Origin: Gammaproteobacteria bacterium
GTDB lineage: Bacteria; Pseudomonadota; Gammaproteobacteria; UBA9214
Assembly (NCBI GenBank): GCA_049664445.1
Contig: JBATFE010000064.1
Coordinates: 1-45,434 of the forward strand
DNA: 45,434 bases
Direction: 5' to 3'
Shown here: positions 10,163-23,110 of the stretch, piece after piece
Layout of the letters: each line of letters begins with the position of its first letter
Numbering within the stretch: position 1 is the stretch's first letter
Made by a program: the position numbers and the translations under genes
The notes under the pieces: generated by a model
Databases searched by the model: none
What the model was told of the DNA's origin: nothing
Seen by the model: the letters and a program-made list of their open reading frames with translations, nothing else

Positions 10163-10237
10163 CTGACGGTTTGCACCGGCTGCTGTTGCCGAGGCAGGCC
10201 GACATAAGGGAGAGGCTGCCAGCCTCGATTGCCGGCC

Positions 10238-10246
10238 TGTTATAAT
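10238..10246 (+). promoter_or_regulatory. Candidate extended -10 promoter element TGtTATAAT upstream of the PLD lipoprotein gene
   Basis: TG at 10238-10239 and TATAAT at 10241-10246, about 36 nt upstream of the ATG at 10282. No good -35 was seen. Confidence 0.3.
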
Positions 10247-10281
10247 TTGCCGTCAAGGTCAGCTATTTTCTGGAACATTAC

Positions 10282-11853
10282 ATGCTCGAGTCACACTCTC
10301 TGCTACGCACGGCGATGCTGCTGGGCCTGCTTGCACTCGGCGGCTGTGCGGTGCTGCCCGAGAACAGTGAGCGCACAGCATCACAGCACTACACAGACAC
10401 CGATGACACCGCGCTTGGCCAGCTGGTAGAGGAAAGACTGCCAGCGCATGCCCGCGGACAGTCCGGCTACCTGTTGCTGCCCGATGGCCTCGATGCCTTT
10501 GTGGCGCGTGCCGTGCTGGCGCAAAGGGCAGAGCGCAGTATCGATACCCAGTACTACATGTGGCATGACGACGAGGTCGGCAACCTGCTGGCCTACCAGT
10601 TGCTGATGGCCGCCGATCGCGGCGTACGGGTGCGCTTGTTACTGGACGATATCGATGAAGGCGGGCGCGATATAGATATCGCGGTATTTGACAGTCACCC
10701 GAATATCGAGGTGCGCATCTTCAACCCCTTCGGCCGCAATACCGGCCGCACCCTGCAGTACGTCACCGGCTTCGGCAAGCAAACACGGCGTGCGCACAAC
10801 AAGTCCTATACGGTCGATAATCAGGCCACTATCCTCGGTGGCCGCAACATCGGTGATGAGTATTTCAGCGCCGATCCGAACCTGGCGTTTGCCGACCTGG
10901 ATGTGCTCGCCATCGGCCCGGTAGCGCAGCAGGTGTCGCGCTCGTTCGATGAATACTGGAACAGTGCACTGAGCTACCCGATTACCACGCTGCTGGATGC
11001 ACCCCCCACCGGGGCAGATATTCAGCTGTTGCGGCAGGAAGTGACTGATTTTACTGCTGCTGAAAAGGATACTGCCTACCTGCAGCGCCTGGCGAACTCG
11101 GACCTGTCAAACAGTATCAGAAATAAAAGCGTTGAGTTTATCTGGGGTGACGGCAGGGTGTACGCGGACCCGCCGGAAAAGCTCGGTGAAAGCACCGGTG
11201 ACCGCGATTACCAGATGTGGACCGACATCAAGCCGTACATGGCCGCTGCACAGCAGGAGGTGATTATTCTGTCGCCCTATTTTGTGCCGGGCAAGTCCGG
11301 GGTGGCATTCCTGAAACAATTACGCGAACGTGGTGTACGCGTGCGTATCCTCACCAATTCGCTTGCCTCGACGGATGTCAGCATTGTGCACGCGGGCTAT
11401 TCCCGTTATCGCGAAGACCTGTTGCGTGCGGGTGTGGAGCTCTATGAGCTAAACGAGATTACCAGCAAGGACGAGCGTCGTGCCTGGTCAAAGGGCGAGA
11501 TCGAGCGTGCCAAGTCGAGTCTGCATGCAAAATCGTTTATCGTTGACCGTGAAACCGTCTTTATCGGTTCGCTCAACCTGGATCCGCGCTCCGTGGTGCA
11601 AAATACCGAAATCGGGGTGGTCATGGAATCACCTGAAATTGCCGGCCGCGTGGCTGACAATTTTGACCAGCATATTGATGAAGTGGCGTTTCGCCTGATA
11701 CTGGAGGAAACCGGGCAGGGGAGCGAGCAGTTGCGCTGGTACGGCCTGGTGAAGGGTGAGCCGGTGACCTTTTCCGCAGATCCCAACACCAGCTTCTGGC
11801 GGCGAGTTGGTATCGGTTTTATGAGCCTGCTGCCGATCGAATCACAGATTTGA
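10282..11853 (+). CDS. Phospholipase D superfamily lipoprotein with two HKD motifs
   Basis: Lipoprotein signal MLLGLLALGGC with lipobox LGGC. Two HKD motifs: HNKSYTVDNQATILGGRNIGDEY and LHAKSFIVDRETVFIGSLNLDPRS. Confidence 0.85.
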   Translation: MLESHSLLRTAMLLGLLALGGCAVLPENSERTASQHYTDTDDTALGQLVEERLPAHARGQSGYLLLPDGLDAFVARAVLAQRAERSIDTQYYMWHDDEVGNLLAYQLLMAADRGVRVRLLLDDIDEGGRDIDIAVFDSHPNIEVRIFNPFGRNTGRTLQYVTGFGKQTRRAHNKSYTVDNQATILGGRNIGDEYFSADPNLAFADLDVLAIGPVAQQVSRSFDEYWNSALSYPITTLLDAPPTGADIQLLRQEVTDFTAAEKDTAYLQRLANSDLSNSIRNKSVEFIWGDGRVYADPPEKLGESTGDRDYQMWTDIKPYMAAAQQEVIILSPYFVPGKSGVAFLKQLRERGVRVRILTNSLASTDVSIVHAGYSRYREDLLRAGVELYELNEITSKDERRAWSKGEIERAKSSLHAKSFIVDRETVFIGSLNLDPRSVVQNTEIGVVMESPEIAGRVADNFDQHIDEVAFRLILEETGQGSEQLRWYGLVKGEPVTFSADPNTSFWRRVGIGFMSLLPIESQI

Positions 11854-11930
11854 TGCAGCCAGTGCTGTTTGCACACACCGGCAGGAAACACCATAATCCC
11901 GTCTCCCGGCCGCAGATGCTGACAGAGAGA

Positions 11931-12098
11931 ATGACCATGAAAAAACTACTACTGGTTTTGTGTGTGGCGCTGAGTGCCTGCAGCACTGATAACTATATCA
12001 AGGAAGATGGCACCCAGGTGACGATCAAGAAGGCCGCCGGGGTCCCCTATGTGGTGGAAGAGGAAAAAACAGAAGTGGTGCCCATGGGCTCGTACTAG
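11931..12098 (+). CDS. Small putative lipoprotein of 55 aa
   Basis: MTMKKLLLVLCVALSAC with lipobox LSAC, starting at ATG 11931 (or 11937). The tracked start at 11850 overlaps the end of the PLD gene and adds a non-signal-like extension, so it was rejected. Confidence 0.5.
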   Translation: MTMKKLLLVLCVALSACSTDNYIKEDGTQVTIKKAAGVPYVVEEEKTEVVPMGSY

Positions 12099-12123
12099 GC
12101 AGGTATGTCGCAGTGTCTGCGGT

Positions 12124-12151
12124 GCGCCACGGGTTCAGTGGGGCATTTTTT
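12124..12151 (+). terminator. Candidate rho-independent terminator after the small lipoprotein gene
   Basis: Stem GCGCCAC (12124-12130) pairs with GTGGGGC (12138-12144) at 6 of 7 positions. The loop is GGGTTCA, followed by ATTTTTT (12145-12151). Confidence 0.5.
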
Positions 12152-12163
12152 CAGCCACTGTTG

Positions 12164-12193
12164 TTGACCCCCGCTAGCGCCGCTCTTTATAAT
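12164..12193 (+). promoter_or_regulatory. Candidate sigma70 promoter of the atp operon, TTGACC-18 nt-TATAAT
   Basis: -35 TTGACC at 12164-12169 and -10 TATAAT at 12188-12193, about 110 nt upstream of atpI. Confidence 0.5.
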
Positions 12194-12305
12194 CCCGGGC
12201 TGCCTGTCGGCTGTTCCATACCTGTTCAGCATCACAACAGTGCGTTCCGTCGGCACATGGGCCAAGCGTAACTTACTGAATTAATTAGGGATTACGGCGA
12301 ATACT

Positions 12306-13510
<1,205 letters not shown>

Positions 13511-13542
13511 TTTTTGTTTAAACAGCTCGTTATATTTTTTAG

Positions 13543-13794
<252 letters not shown>

Positions 13795-13828
13795 TACGCG
13801 CAGCTGATCAAGACGCAGAGGTTCTGAC

Positions 13829-14299
13829 ATGAATATCAATGCCACCCTGATTGGCCAGGCAATCGCCTTTTTCCTGTTCGTCGTGTTCTGCATGAAATAT
13901 GTGTGGCCGCCGATCCTGCATGCGCTGGAAGAACGCAAGAAAAAGATTGCCGATGGTCTGGCGGCAGGCGAACACGGCAAGCGCGAGCAGGCACTGGCCG
14001 AGGAGCGTGCCAAGGAACTGTTGCGCGAGGCCAAGGAACAGGCGGGCGAGATCATCACCCGTGCCGACAGGCGCGCCGCTGAGATTGTTGACGAGGCCAA
14101 GGACGACGCCAAGGCGGAAGGTCAGCGCCTGATGACGTCAGCCCGGGCTGAAATCGAGCAGGAGGTCAACCGCGTCAAGGAAGGCCTGCGTGGACAGGTC
14201 GTATCCATTGCACTGGCCGGCGCCGGCAAGGTGCTGGGGCGTGAAGTGGACGAGAGCACACACGACGAGCTGTTGAAGAAGCTGGCGTCTGAAATCTAG
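13829..14299 (+). CDS. atpF: F0F1 ATP synthase subunit b
   Basis: Single N-terminal TM ([22 protein letters not shown]) followed by a long charged helix. Operon position fits. Confidence 0.93.
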   Translation: MNINATLIGQAIAFFLFVVFCMKYVWPPILHALEERKKKIADGLAAGEHGKREQALAEERAKELLREAKEQAGEIITRADRRAAEIVDEAKDDAKAEGQRLMTSARAEIEQEVNRVKEGLRGQVVSIALAGAGKVLGREVDESTHDELLKKLASEI

Positions 14300-14309
14300 G
14301 TAAAGACAC

Positions 14310-14846
14310 ATGGCCGAAGCAATTACCGTGGCACGTCCCTATGCACAGGCAGCCTTTCTGTTTGCCAGCGAGCAGCAACTGTTGAAGGACTGGTCCGGGA
14401 TGCTGTCCCTGCTGGCGGCGATTGCCAACGACGACAGCATGCATGAGTTGATCGACAGCCCGCATGTTACGAATACACAGCTGGCTGACCTGTTTATCCA
14501 GGTCGGCGGCGAACACATAAACGAGAAGTGTGCCAATTTCATCCGCGTTCTCGCGGCCAACGGGCGCCTCAAGCTGCTACCGGAGATTGCCACATTGTTC
14601 GAGATCAAGCGTCGCGACGCCGAGGGTACCGTGCAGGCGCAGCTGATAACGGCGTATCCCGCCAGCGAGGCACAGCAGGCGGAAATTATCGCCAGCCTGC
14701 GCAAGCGCCTCGGTCGCGAGGTCGAGCTGAGCTGTTCTACCGACGCCGAGCTGCTGGGTGGCGCCATCATCCGTGCCGGAGACCTGGTTATCGATGGTTC
14801 CGTGCGCGGCAAACTGCAACGGCTGGGCACGGCGCTGCTGCACTGA
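14310..14846 (+). CDS. atpH: F0F1 ATP synthase subunit delta
   Basis: 178-aa OSCP-like protein ([12 protein letters not shown]...) located between atpF and atpA. Confidence 0.9.
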   Translation: MAEAITVARPYAQAAFLFASEQQLLKDWSGMLSLLAAIANDDSMHELIDSPHVTNTQLADLFIQVGGEHINEKCANFIRVLAANGRLKLLPEIATLFEIKRRDAEGTVQAQLITAYPASEAQQAEIIASLRKRLGREVELSCSTDAELLGGAIIRAGDLVIDGSVRGKLQRLGTALLH

Positions 14847-14889
14847 GTGCACCATTTTTCAAGATAAAGGCTTATTCAAGGTAAACACT

Positions 14890-16431
14890 ATGCAACTCAA
14901 TCCGACTGAAATCAGCGAACTGATCAAGAGCCGCATCGAGCAATTCGAGGTCGTGTCCGAGGCACGCACCGAGGGTACGGTGGTCAGTCTGACTGACGGT
15001 ATCACGCGTATCCACGGCCTTGCCGATGTGATGCAGGGGGAAATGCTGGAGTTCCCGGGTAATGTTTTCGGCCTGGCGCTCAACCTGGAGCGCGATTCCG
15101 TGGGCGCGGTGATCCTCGGTGATTACAAATCCATCACCGAGGGCGACAGCGTCAAGTGCACCGGCCGCATTCTCGAGGTGCCGGTGGGTGAAGCCCTGCT
15201 GGGACGCGTGGTCGACTCTCTTGGTAATCCCGTTGACGGCAAGGGCCCGATCGAGGCAACCGAGACCTCGCCCATTGAAAAGATTGCGCCGGGCGTGATT
15301 GCCCGCCAGTCGGTGAATGAGCCGCTACAGACGGGTCTGAAATCCATCGACGCCATGGTGCCGGTTGGCCGCGGGCAGCGCGAGTTGATTATCGGTGACC
15401 GCCAGACCGGCAAGTCCGCGGTGGCCATCGACGCCATCATCAACCAGAAGGGCACCGGCGTGAAGTGCATCTATGTCGCTGTCGGCCAGAAGAATTCCTC
15501 GATTGCGACCGTGGTCCGCAAGCTGGAAGAGTTCGGCGCCATGGAACATACCATTGTCGTGGCAGCCGCCGCGGCCGAATCGGCCGCCATGCAGTACATC
15601 GCACCCTATGCCGGCTGTTCCATGGGCGAATACTTCCGCGACCGCGGTGAGGACGCCCTCATTATCTACGACGATCTCACCAAGCAGGCCTGGGCCTACC
15701 GCCAGGTGTCGCTGCTGCTGCGGCGTCCGCCGGGCCGTGAGGCTTATCCGGGCGATGTCTTCTACCTGCATTCACGCCTGCTGGAACGCGCCTCGCGCAT
15801 CAATGCCGACGAGGTGGAGAAACGCACCAACGGCGCGGTCAAGGGCAAGACCGGTTCCCTGACAGCGCTGCCGATCATCGAAACGCAGGCCGGCGACGTG
15901 TCGGCCTTCGTGCCCACCAACGTGATCTCCATTACCGACGGCCAGATCTTCCTCGAGTCCGACCTGTTCAACGCCGGTATTCGCCCGGCCATCAACGCCG
16001 GCCTGTCGGTGTCGCGCGTCGGTGGCGCGGCGCAGACCAAGATCATCAAGAAGCTCGGTGGCGGTGTGCGCCTGGCGCTGGCGCAGTACCGTGAACTGGC
16101 GGCGTTTTCGCAGTTTGCCTCGGACCTCGACGAGGCCACCCGCAAGCAGCTGGAGCGCGGTCAGCGCGTCACCGAGCTGATGAAGCAGAAGCAGTATTCG
16201 CCACTGTCGGTTGCCGAGATGGCGGTGTCGCTGTTTGCCGCGGATCAGGGTTACCTGGATGACGTTGAAAACGAAAAGATTGTCGACTTCGAGCATGCGA
16301 TGCATGGTTACATGCGAGCCAGCCAGTCGGCACTGATGGACAAGATCAACGACTCCGGTGATTACAACGATGAAATCGAGGCCGGCCTGCGTGCCGCAAT
16401 CGAGGACTTCAAGGCCACCGGTACCTGGTAA
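14890..16431 (+). CDS. atpA: F0F1 ATP synthase subunit alpha
   Basis: The canonical N-terminus [19 protein letters not shown] starts at ATG 14890. Walker A GDRQTGKS. The tracked start at 14758 overlaps atpH and was rejected. Confidence 0.97.
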   Translation: MQLNPTEISELIKSRIEQFEVVSEARTEGTVVSLTDGITRIHGLADVMQGEMLEFPGNVFGLALNLERDSVGAVILGDYKSITEGDSVKCTGRILEVPVGEALLGRVVDSLGNPVDGKGPIEATETSPIEKIAPGVIARQSVNEPLQTGLKSIDAMVPVGRGQRELIIGDRQTGKSAVAIDAIINQKGTGVKCIYVAVGQKNSSIATVVRKLEEFGAMEHTIVVAAAAAESAAMQYIAPYAGCSMGEYFRDRGEDALIIYDDLTKQAWAYRQVSLLLRRPPGREAYPGDVFYLHSRLLERASRINADEVEKRTNGAVKGKTGSLTALPIIETQAGDVSAFVPTNVISITDGQIFLESDLFNAGIRPAINAGLSVSRVGGAAQTKIIKKLGGGVRLALAQYRELAAFSQFASDLDEATRKQLERGQRVTELMKQKQYSPLSVAEMAVSLFAADQGYLDDVENEKIVDFEHAMHGYMRASQSALMDKINDSGDYNDEIEAGLRAAIEDFKATGTW

Positions 16432-16478
16432 CGCGCAGCGTAATCCGATGACACACATGAGCATCACAGGATAGAGAC

Positions 16479-17339
16479 ATGGCAGGCGCCAAAGAAATCC
16501 GCACCAAGATTGCGAGCATCAAGAACACGCAGAAGATCACCAAGGCGATGGAGATGGTGGCTGCCAGCAAGATGCGCAGGGCACAGGAGCGCATGCTGGC
16601 GACGCGCCCCTATGCGGACAAGATCCAGACCGTGGTCTCGCACCTGTCGCAGTCGCACCCGGAGTACCACCATCCCTACCTGCAACAGCGCGAGCCGAAA
16701 CGCGTTGGCCTGATCATTATCTCTACCGATCGTGGCCTCTGCGGCGGTCTCAACATTAACCTGTTCAAATCTGTCATCACGGCCATGAAGGAATGGGATG
16801 CGGCCGGACTGGACATCGATCTGACCCTGATCGGCACCAAGAGTAATGCCTTTTTCAAGCGCCTCGGCGGCAATATCACCGCGAGCGCCGGCCACCTCGG
16901 CGATGCACCGTCGATTGTCGAGCTGATCGGCACCGTCAAGGTAATGCTGGATGCCTATGAAGCGGGCACTATCGACCGGCTCTACCTGGCGCATAACGAG
17001 TTCGAAAACACCATGACCCAGAACCCGGTGTTGAAGCAGTTGATACCGGTAGCGGGTGAAGCGGACGAGCAACTCAAGGATCACTGGGACTATATCTACG
17101 AGCCCGACTCAAGGCCGGTCATGGATGCCCTGATGATCCGCTATATAGAGTCACTGGTGTACCAGGGCGTGGTGGAAAATGTCGCCTGCGAGCAGGCGGC
17201 ACGCATGGTGGCGATGAAGTCGGCCACAGACAATGCGGGTGACCTGATTGACGAACTGCAACTGATCTACAACAAGGCACGGCAGGCGGCGATTACCCAG
17301 GAGATCTCCGAAATCGTCAGTGGTGCCGCGGCGGTTTAG
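16479..17339 (+). CDS. atpG: F0F1 ATP synthase subunit gamma
   Basis: N-terminus [36 protein letters not shown] and C-terminus [15 protein letters not shown]. Confidence 0.95.
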   Translation: MAGAKEIRTKIASIKNTQKITKAMEMVAASKMRRAQERMLATRPYADKIQTVVSHLSQSHPEYHHPYLQQREPKRVGLIIISTDRGLCGGLNINLFKSVITAMKEWDAAGLDIDLTLIGTKSNAFFKRLGGNITASAGHLGDAPSIVELIGTVKVMLDAYEAGTIDRLYLAHNEFENTMTQNPVLKQLIPVAGEADEQLKDHWDYIYEPDSRPVMDALMIRYIESLVYQGVVENVACEQAARMVAMKSATDNAGDLIDELQLIYNKARQAAITQEISEIVSGAAAV

Positions 17340-17417
17340 CAGAGGAAATATAAATTTATTTCTGCATGAGCGCTTTGTTTATGCCCGGCGATCAATCGGG
17401 TGCAAGCGCGATTGTAA

Positions 17418-18869
<1,452 letters not shown>

Positions 18870-18881
18870 CGGATTGTATCA

Positions 18882-19301
18882 ATGGCCATGACACTGCATG
18901 TTGACGTCGTTAGCGCCGAGGCAGAAATTTTTTCTGGCACGGCGACGATGGTATTTGCACCTGCCGAGATGGGCGAGGTGGGTATCGCGCCGCGCCACGC
19001 GCCGCTGGTGACCCGCCTGAAGCCCGGTGAAGTGCGGGTACAAACGCAGCAAGGTGAGGAACTGTCTTTCTTTGTTTCCGGCGGCCTGCTGGAAGTGCAG
19101 CCGCATGTCATCACGGTGCTGGCCGATACCGCCATTCGTGCTGCCGACCTCGATGAGGCGCAGGCACTGGAGGCCAAGGGGCGCGCAGAAAAAATGCTTA
19201 CCGACAAGAGTGCCGACATCGACTATGCCAAGGCACAGGCCGAGCTTGCGCAGTCTATTGCACAGCTGGCGGCAATCAAGAAGCTGCGCGACCGTAACTG
19301 A
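18882..19301 (+). CDS. atpC: F0F1 ATP synthase subunit epsilon
   Basis: 139 aa with N-terminus [15 protein letters not shown]... It is the last canonical gene of the operon. Confidence 0.95.
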   Translation: MAMTLHVDVVSAEAEIFSGTATMVFAPAEMGEVGIAPRHAPLVTRLKPGEVRVQTQQGEELSFFVSGGLLEVQPHVITVLADTAIRAADLDEAQALEAKGRAEKMLTDKSADIDYAKAQAELAQSIAQLAAIKKLRDRN

Positions 19302-19789
19302 TGACCGGGCAGTTCGTCGAAAAGAACAAGGTGGTGTCATTCACCTACTCGATTGTCGACACGAAAGGCGAGTTGCTGGAGCAGTCCGATATCCCGATCA
19401 GTTACGTCCATGGTGGCAAACATGACCTGTTTGAAAAGGTCGTGGAGGAACTGGATGGCAGCGTCGTTGATGATACCGTGGAGGTGTTGCTGACGCCGGA
19501 AGAGGCGTTCGGCCCACATGACCCGGACCTGACCTATACGGATGACCTTGCCAATGTCCCGCCTGAATTTCACCGCGTTGGTGCACTGGTGGAAATGATG
19601 AATGACAAGGGCGATGCCAAAACATTCACCGTGACCCGTATCGAGGACGGCAAGCTGACTGTCGATGGCAACCACCCGATGGCCGGCAAGGTCATCACGT
19701 TCCGAATCAAGGTAACCGACATCCGCGATGCCACGCCGGAAGAGCTGGAAAAAGGCGTTGAGGCAATGCAGGCACCGGTGCTTCACTGA
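19301..19789 (+). CDS. slyD: FKBP-type peptidyl-prolyl cis-trans isomerase, SlyD-like and lacking a His-rich tail
   Basis: Pattern VVSFTYSIVDTKGELLEQS...YVHGG...VDGNHPMAGKVITFRIKVTDIRDATPEEL matches SlyD/FkpB-type FKBP plus insert-in-flap architecture. Its ATG shares the A of the atpC TGA (TGATG at 19299-19303). Confidence 0.8.
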   Translation: MTGQFVEKNKVVSFTYSIVDTKGELLEQSDIPISYVHGGKHDLFEKVVEELDGSVVDDTVEVLLTPEEAFGPHDPDLTYTDDLANVPPEFHRVGALVEMMNDKGDAKTFTVTRIEDGKLTVDGNHPMAGKVITFRIKVTDIRDATPEELEKGVEAMQAPVLH

Positions 19790-19883
19790 ACCGCCAGCAC
19801 GTGGTCGTGCTATGCTCGCACGCATTCCAGATTGACAAATTAATGCCGTTAACTTCGCGTATTGATTTGATGTGTTATCCCGC

Positions 19884-21254
19884 ATGAAGCTGAGCATTAT
19901 CATTCTGGCCGCAGGCCAGGGCACCCGCATGAATTCCGCGCGTCCAAAAGTGCTGCACCCGCTGGGTGGGCGGCCGCTGCTGGCGCATGTGCTGGATACT
20001 GCACGCTCGCTGCATGCCATGGATATTCATGTCGTCATAGGTCATGGCGCCGCGCAGGTGCGTGAGCTGCTGCCGGAGTCCGATATCCACTGGGTCGTGC
20101 AGGAGCAGCAACTGGGTACTGGACATGCCGTGGCCCAGGCGCTGCCGGCCGTGCCGGATGAAAACACGGTGCTGGTGATGTACGGCGATGTGCCGCTGAT
20201 CAGCAAACAGACACTGGAGCCGCTCTGCCAGATAGCAGGGCAGGGGATGGCGGCATTGCTGTCGGCCGAGCTGCAACACCCCGCCGGTTATGGCCGCATC
20301 CTGCACCATGCCGACGGCAGCATCTGTGGCATCGTGGAAGAAAAGGATGCCACCCCGAAACAGCGTGCCATACAGGAAATCAATACCGGTTTTCTGGCTG
20401 CACCGGCCGTACGCCTGCGCGGCTGGCTGGCTGCGCTGGATAACAACAATGCACAGGGCGAGTTTTACCTGACAGACGTTATCGCGCGTGCCGTTACCGA
20501 GGGCACCAGCGTGCGTGGTATCACGACCGACAATATCGATGAAGTCATGGGAATCAATGATCGCAAGCAGCTGGCAGCACAGGAGCGCTGTTTCCAGCAG
20601 CGTCAGGCCGATGCCTGTCTGCAGGCGGGCATTACCCTGATCGATCCGGAACGTTTTGATCTGCGCGGTCACCTCGATGCCGGGCAGGATGTGGTGATCG
20701 ATATCAATGCGATACTGGAAGGACAGGTGACCCTCGGCGACCGTGTCAGTATCGGTCCCAATGTCACCCTGCGGAATGCCACGGTGGGTGATGATGTGAG
20801 CATCCTCGCAAACTGCGTCATCGAGGACGCGGTCATCGGTGCCGGCAGTCGCATCGGTCCGTTTGCACGGCTGCGCCCGGAGACCATACTGGCGGCCGCG
20901 GCACACATCGGTAACTTTGTCGAGATCAAGAAATCCGAGGTCGGCGAAGGTTCCAAGATCAATCACCTCAGCTATATCGGCGACACCACCATCGGACGCG
21001 GTGTCAACATCGGGGCCGGCACCATTACCTGCAACTATGACGGCGCCAACAAGCACCGCACCCTGATTGGCGATGATGTCTTCATTGGTTCGGATACCCA
21101 GCTGGTGGCACCGGTCGAGATACAGGACGGCGCCACTATCGGCGCGGGTTCAACCATCACGCATGATGCGCCGGCTCACGAGCTGACCCTGAGTCGTGCG
21201 CCACAGAAAACCCGCAGCGGCTGGAAGCGGCCGGTGAAGAAACCAAAGGGATAG
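19884..21254 (+). CDS. glmU: Bifunctional UDP-N-acetylglucosamine pyrophosphorylase / glucosamine-1-phosphate N-acetyltransferase
   Basis: N-terminus MKLSIIILAAGQGTRM from ATG 19884, with left-handed beta-helix hexapeptide repeats in the C-terminal half. glmS follows. Confidence 0.95.
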   Translation: MKLSIIILAAGQGTRMNSARPKVLHPLGGRPLLAHVLDTARSLHAMDIHVVIGHGAAQVRELLPESDIHWVVQEQQLGTGHAVAQALPAVPDENTVLVMYGDVPLISKQTLEPLCQIAGQGMAALLSAELQHPAGYGRILHHADGSICGIVEEKDATPKQRAIQEINTGFLAAPAVRLRGWLAALDNNNAQGEFYLTDVIARAVTEGTSVRGITTDNIDEVMGINDRKQLAAQERCFQQRQADACLQAGITLIDPERFDLRGHLDAGQDVVIDINAILEGQVTLGDRVSIGPNVTLRNATVGDDVSILANCVIEDAVIGAGSRIGPFARLRPETILAAAAHIGNFVEIKKSEVGEGSKINHLSYIGDTTIGRGVNIGAGTITCNYDGANKHRTLIGDDVFIGSDTQLVAPVEIQDGATIGAGSTITHDAPAHELTLSRAPQKTRSGWKRPVKKPKG

Positions 21255-21258
21255 ACTC

Positions 21259-23094
21259 ATGTGCGGAATTGTGGGTGTTGCAGCGCAGCGAAATGTTGTG
21301 CCGTTGCTGATAGACGGCCTGAGGCGACTTGAATACCGCGGCTACGATTCCGCCGGTGTTGCCGTGCAGAGTGAACAGTCGCTGCTGGAGCGGGTACGCA
21401 AGGTCGGCAAGGTTGCCGAACTGGTGCGGGCGCTGCAGGAAAACCCGATCAGCGGGCACACCGGTATCGCACATACCCGCTGGGCAACCCACGGCGAACC
21501 CAGTGAACGCAATGCCCACCCGCATGTTTGTCATGAACGGGTGGCGGTGGTGCATAACGGCATTATTGAAAATCACGACACCCTGCGGACGCAGCAGCAA
21601 CAGCAGGGTTTCCGCTTTACCTCGCAAACCGACACCGAGGTCATCGTGCACCAGATTGACCATTATCTCGGCCAGGGGCAGGACCTGCTGGCAGCGGTCA
21701 GTTCGGCGGTCGCCGACCTGGAAGGTGCCTTTGCGCTCGGCGTCATCAACAAGGACGAACCCGGCCGCCTGATCGCAGCGCGGCGTGGCAGTCCACTGGT
21801 GATCGGTGTCGCTGACGGTGAAATGCTGATTGCCTCGGATATCGCGGCGCTGATAGCGGAGACCCGGCAATTCGTGTGTCTTGAAGACGGTGATATTGCG
21901 GATATCAACTACCGCGGCATGGTGATCCACGACGCCAGCGGCAATGTGGTGCAGCGGCCGCTACAGACCTCCAAGGTGACAGTCGATGCCACCAGCAAGG
22001 GCGACTACGCCCACTACATGCTCAAGGAAATCTTCGAACAGCCACGCGCCATTGCGGATACCCTGGAGGGCAGGATAGGCGCTAACCGGGTCATCGAAGA
22101 GGCCTTCGGCGCCGCTGCCGGGGAGATTTTCGACAAGGTTGCCGGCGTGCACATTATTGCCTGCGGTACCAGCTACCATGCCGGCATGGTCGGGCGTCAC
22201 TGGCTGGAGTCCATCGCCGGTATCCCCTGCAGCGTCGAGGTTGCCAGCGAATTTCGCTACCGCCACCCGGTGGTGCGCAACAACTCGCTGATCGTTACCC
22301 TCTCCCAGTCCGGCGAAACCGCGGACACGCTGGCGGGCCTGCACGAGGCCAAGCGGCTCGGCTATGGACATTCACTGTCCATCTGCAACGTCCCCGAGAG
22401 TTCGCTGGTACGTGAATCCGACCTGGTACTGATGACCCACGCCGGCCCGGAAATCGGCGTGGCCTCGACCAAGGCCTTTACCACGCAGCTGGTCGCGATG
22501 CTGTTATTGACCATCGTGCTGGGGCGGCGCCACCGCATTACAAGTGAAACCGAGGCCTTGCTGGTGAACGAGTTGCGCAGTGTGCCGGGCAAGGTGGAAC
22601 ATGCCTTGAACCTGAATGAGCAGATCAGGACGCTGGCCAGGGAGCATTTTGGTGACAAGCAGAATGCCCTGTTTCTCGGCCGGGGTGCCCAGTTTCCGGT
22701 GGCCATGGAGGGTGCACTGAAGCTCAAGGAAATCTCCTATATCCATGCCGAGGCCTACCCGGCGGGCGAGTTGAAACACGGACCGCTGGCACTGGTGGAC
22801 AAGAACATGCCGGTGGTGGTGGTTGCGCCGAACAATGAACTGCTGGAAAAGCTCAAGTCCAACCTGCAGGAAGTACGCGCCCGGGAGGGCGAGCTGGTGG
22901 TGTTTGCAGATGCAAAACTCGGCATGATCAGTTCGCCTGGATTTACCACCCTTCCGGTTGCACCGACAGAGGACAGTATTGCGCCGATTATCTTTTCGGT
23001 GCCGCTACAGCTGCTGGCCTATCACGTGGCAGTCATCAAGGGTACCGATATTGACCAGCCGCGTAATCTCGCCAAGTCGGTCACCGTCGAATAA
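21259..23094 (+). CDS. glmS: Glutamine--fructose-6-phosphate aminotransferase
   Basis: N-terminal nucleophile MCGIVG, two SIS domains, and C-terminus NLAKSVTVE. Confidence 0.97.
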   Translation: MCGIVGVAAQRNVVPLLIDGLRRLEYRGYDSAGVAVQSEQSLLERVRKVGKVAELVRALQENPISGHTGIAHTRWATHGEPSERNAHPHVCHERVAVVHNGIIENHDTLRTQQQQQGFRFTSQTDTEVIVHQIDHYLGQGQDLLAAVSSAVADLEGAFALGVINKDEPGRLIAARRGSPLVIGVADGEMLIASDIAALIAETRQFVCLEDGDIADINYRGMVIHDASGNVVQRPLQTSKVTVDATSKGDYAHYMLKEIFEQPRAIADTLEGRIGANRVIEEAFGAAAGEIFDKVAGVHIIACGTSYHAGMVGRHWLESIAGIPCSVEVASEFRYRHPVVRNNSLIVTLSQSGETADTLAGLHEAKRLGYGHSLSICNVPESSLVRESDLVLMTHAGPEIGVASTKAFTTQLVAMLLLTIVLGRRHRITSETEALLVNELRSVPGKVEHALNLNEQIRTLAREHFGDKQNALFLGRGAQFPVAMEGALKLKEISYIHAEAYPAGELKHGPLALVDKNMPVVVVAPNNELLEKLKSNLQEVRAREGELVVFADAKLGMISSPGFTTLPVAPTEDSIAPIIFSVPLQLLAYHVAVIKGTDIDQPRNLAKSVTVE

Positions 23095-23110
23095 GCAAGA
23101 ATATCAGGAC

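Noticed and set aside
14758-14889. N-terminal extensions suggested by the ORF track for atpA (14758), atpD (17421), glmU (19872), uvrD (24225), the ACP (42334), the dehydrogenase (29918) and the small lipoprotein (11850).
   Set aside because: In each case a downstream start reproduces the canonical family N-terminus, has a better Shine-Dalgarno, or both. The extension overlaps the upstream gene or adds non-homologous sequence.
19796-19864. Hairpin AGCACG-tggt-CGTGCT and a TTGACA hexamer (19832-19837) between the slyD-like gene and glmU, considered as a terminator/promoter pair.
   Set aside because: The stem is only 6 bp with no U-run. No acceptable -10 hexamer lies 16-19 nt downstream of the TTGACA. 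This is too weak to report as a feature.
19875-21056. 393-aa minus-strand ORF antisense to glmU. Similar long antisense ORFs occur at 27769-28896, 29019-29723, 35334-36428, 38998-39957, 43525-44121, 15772-16467 and 21157-21930.
   Set aside because: All lie opposite genes with strong family signatures. They lack motifs and show the Arg/Gly/Pro/His bias of GC-rich antisense frames. I treat them as non-coding shadows.
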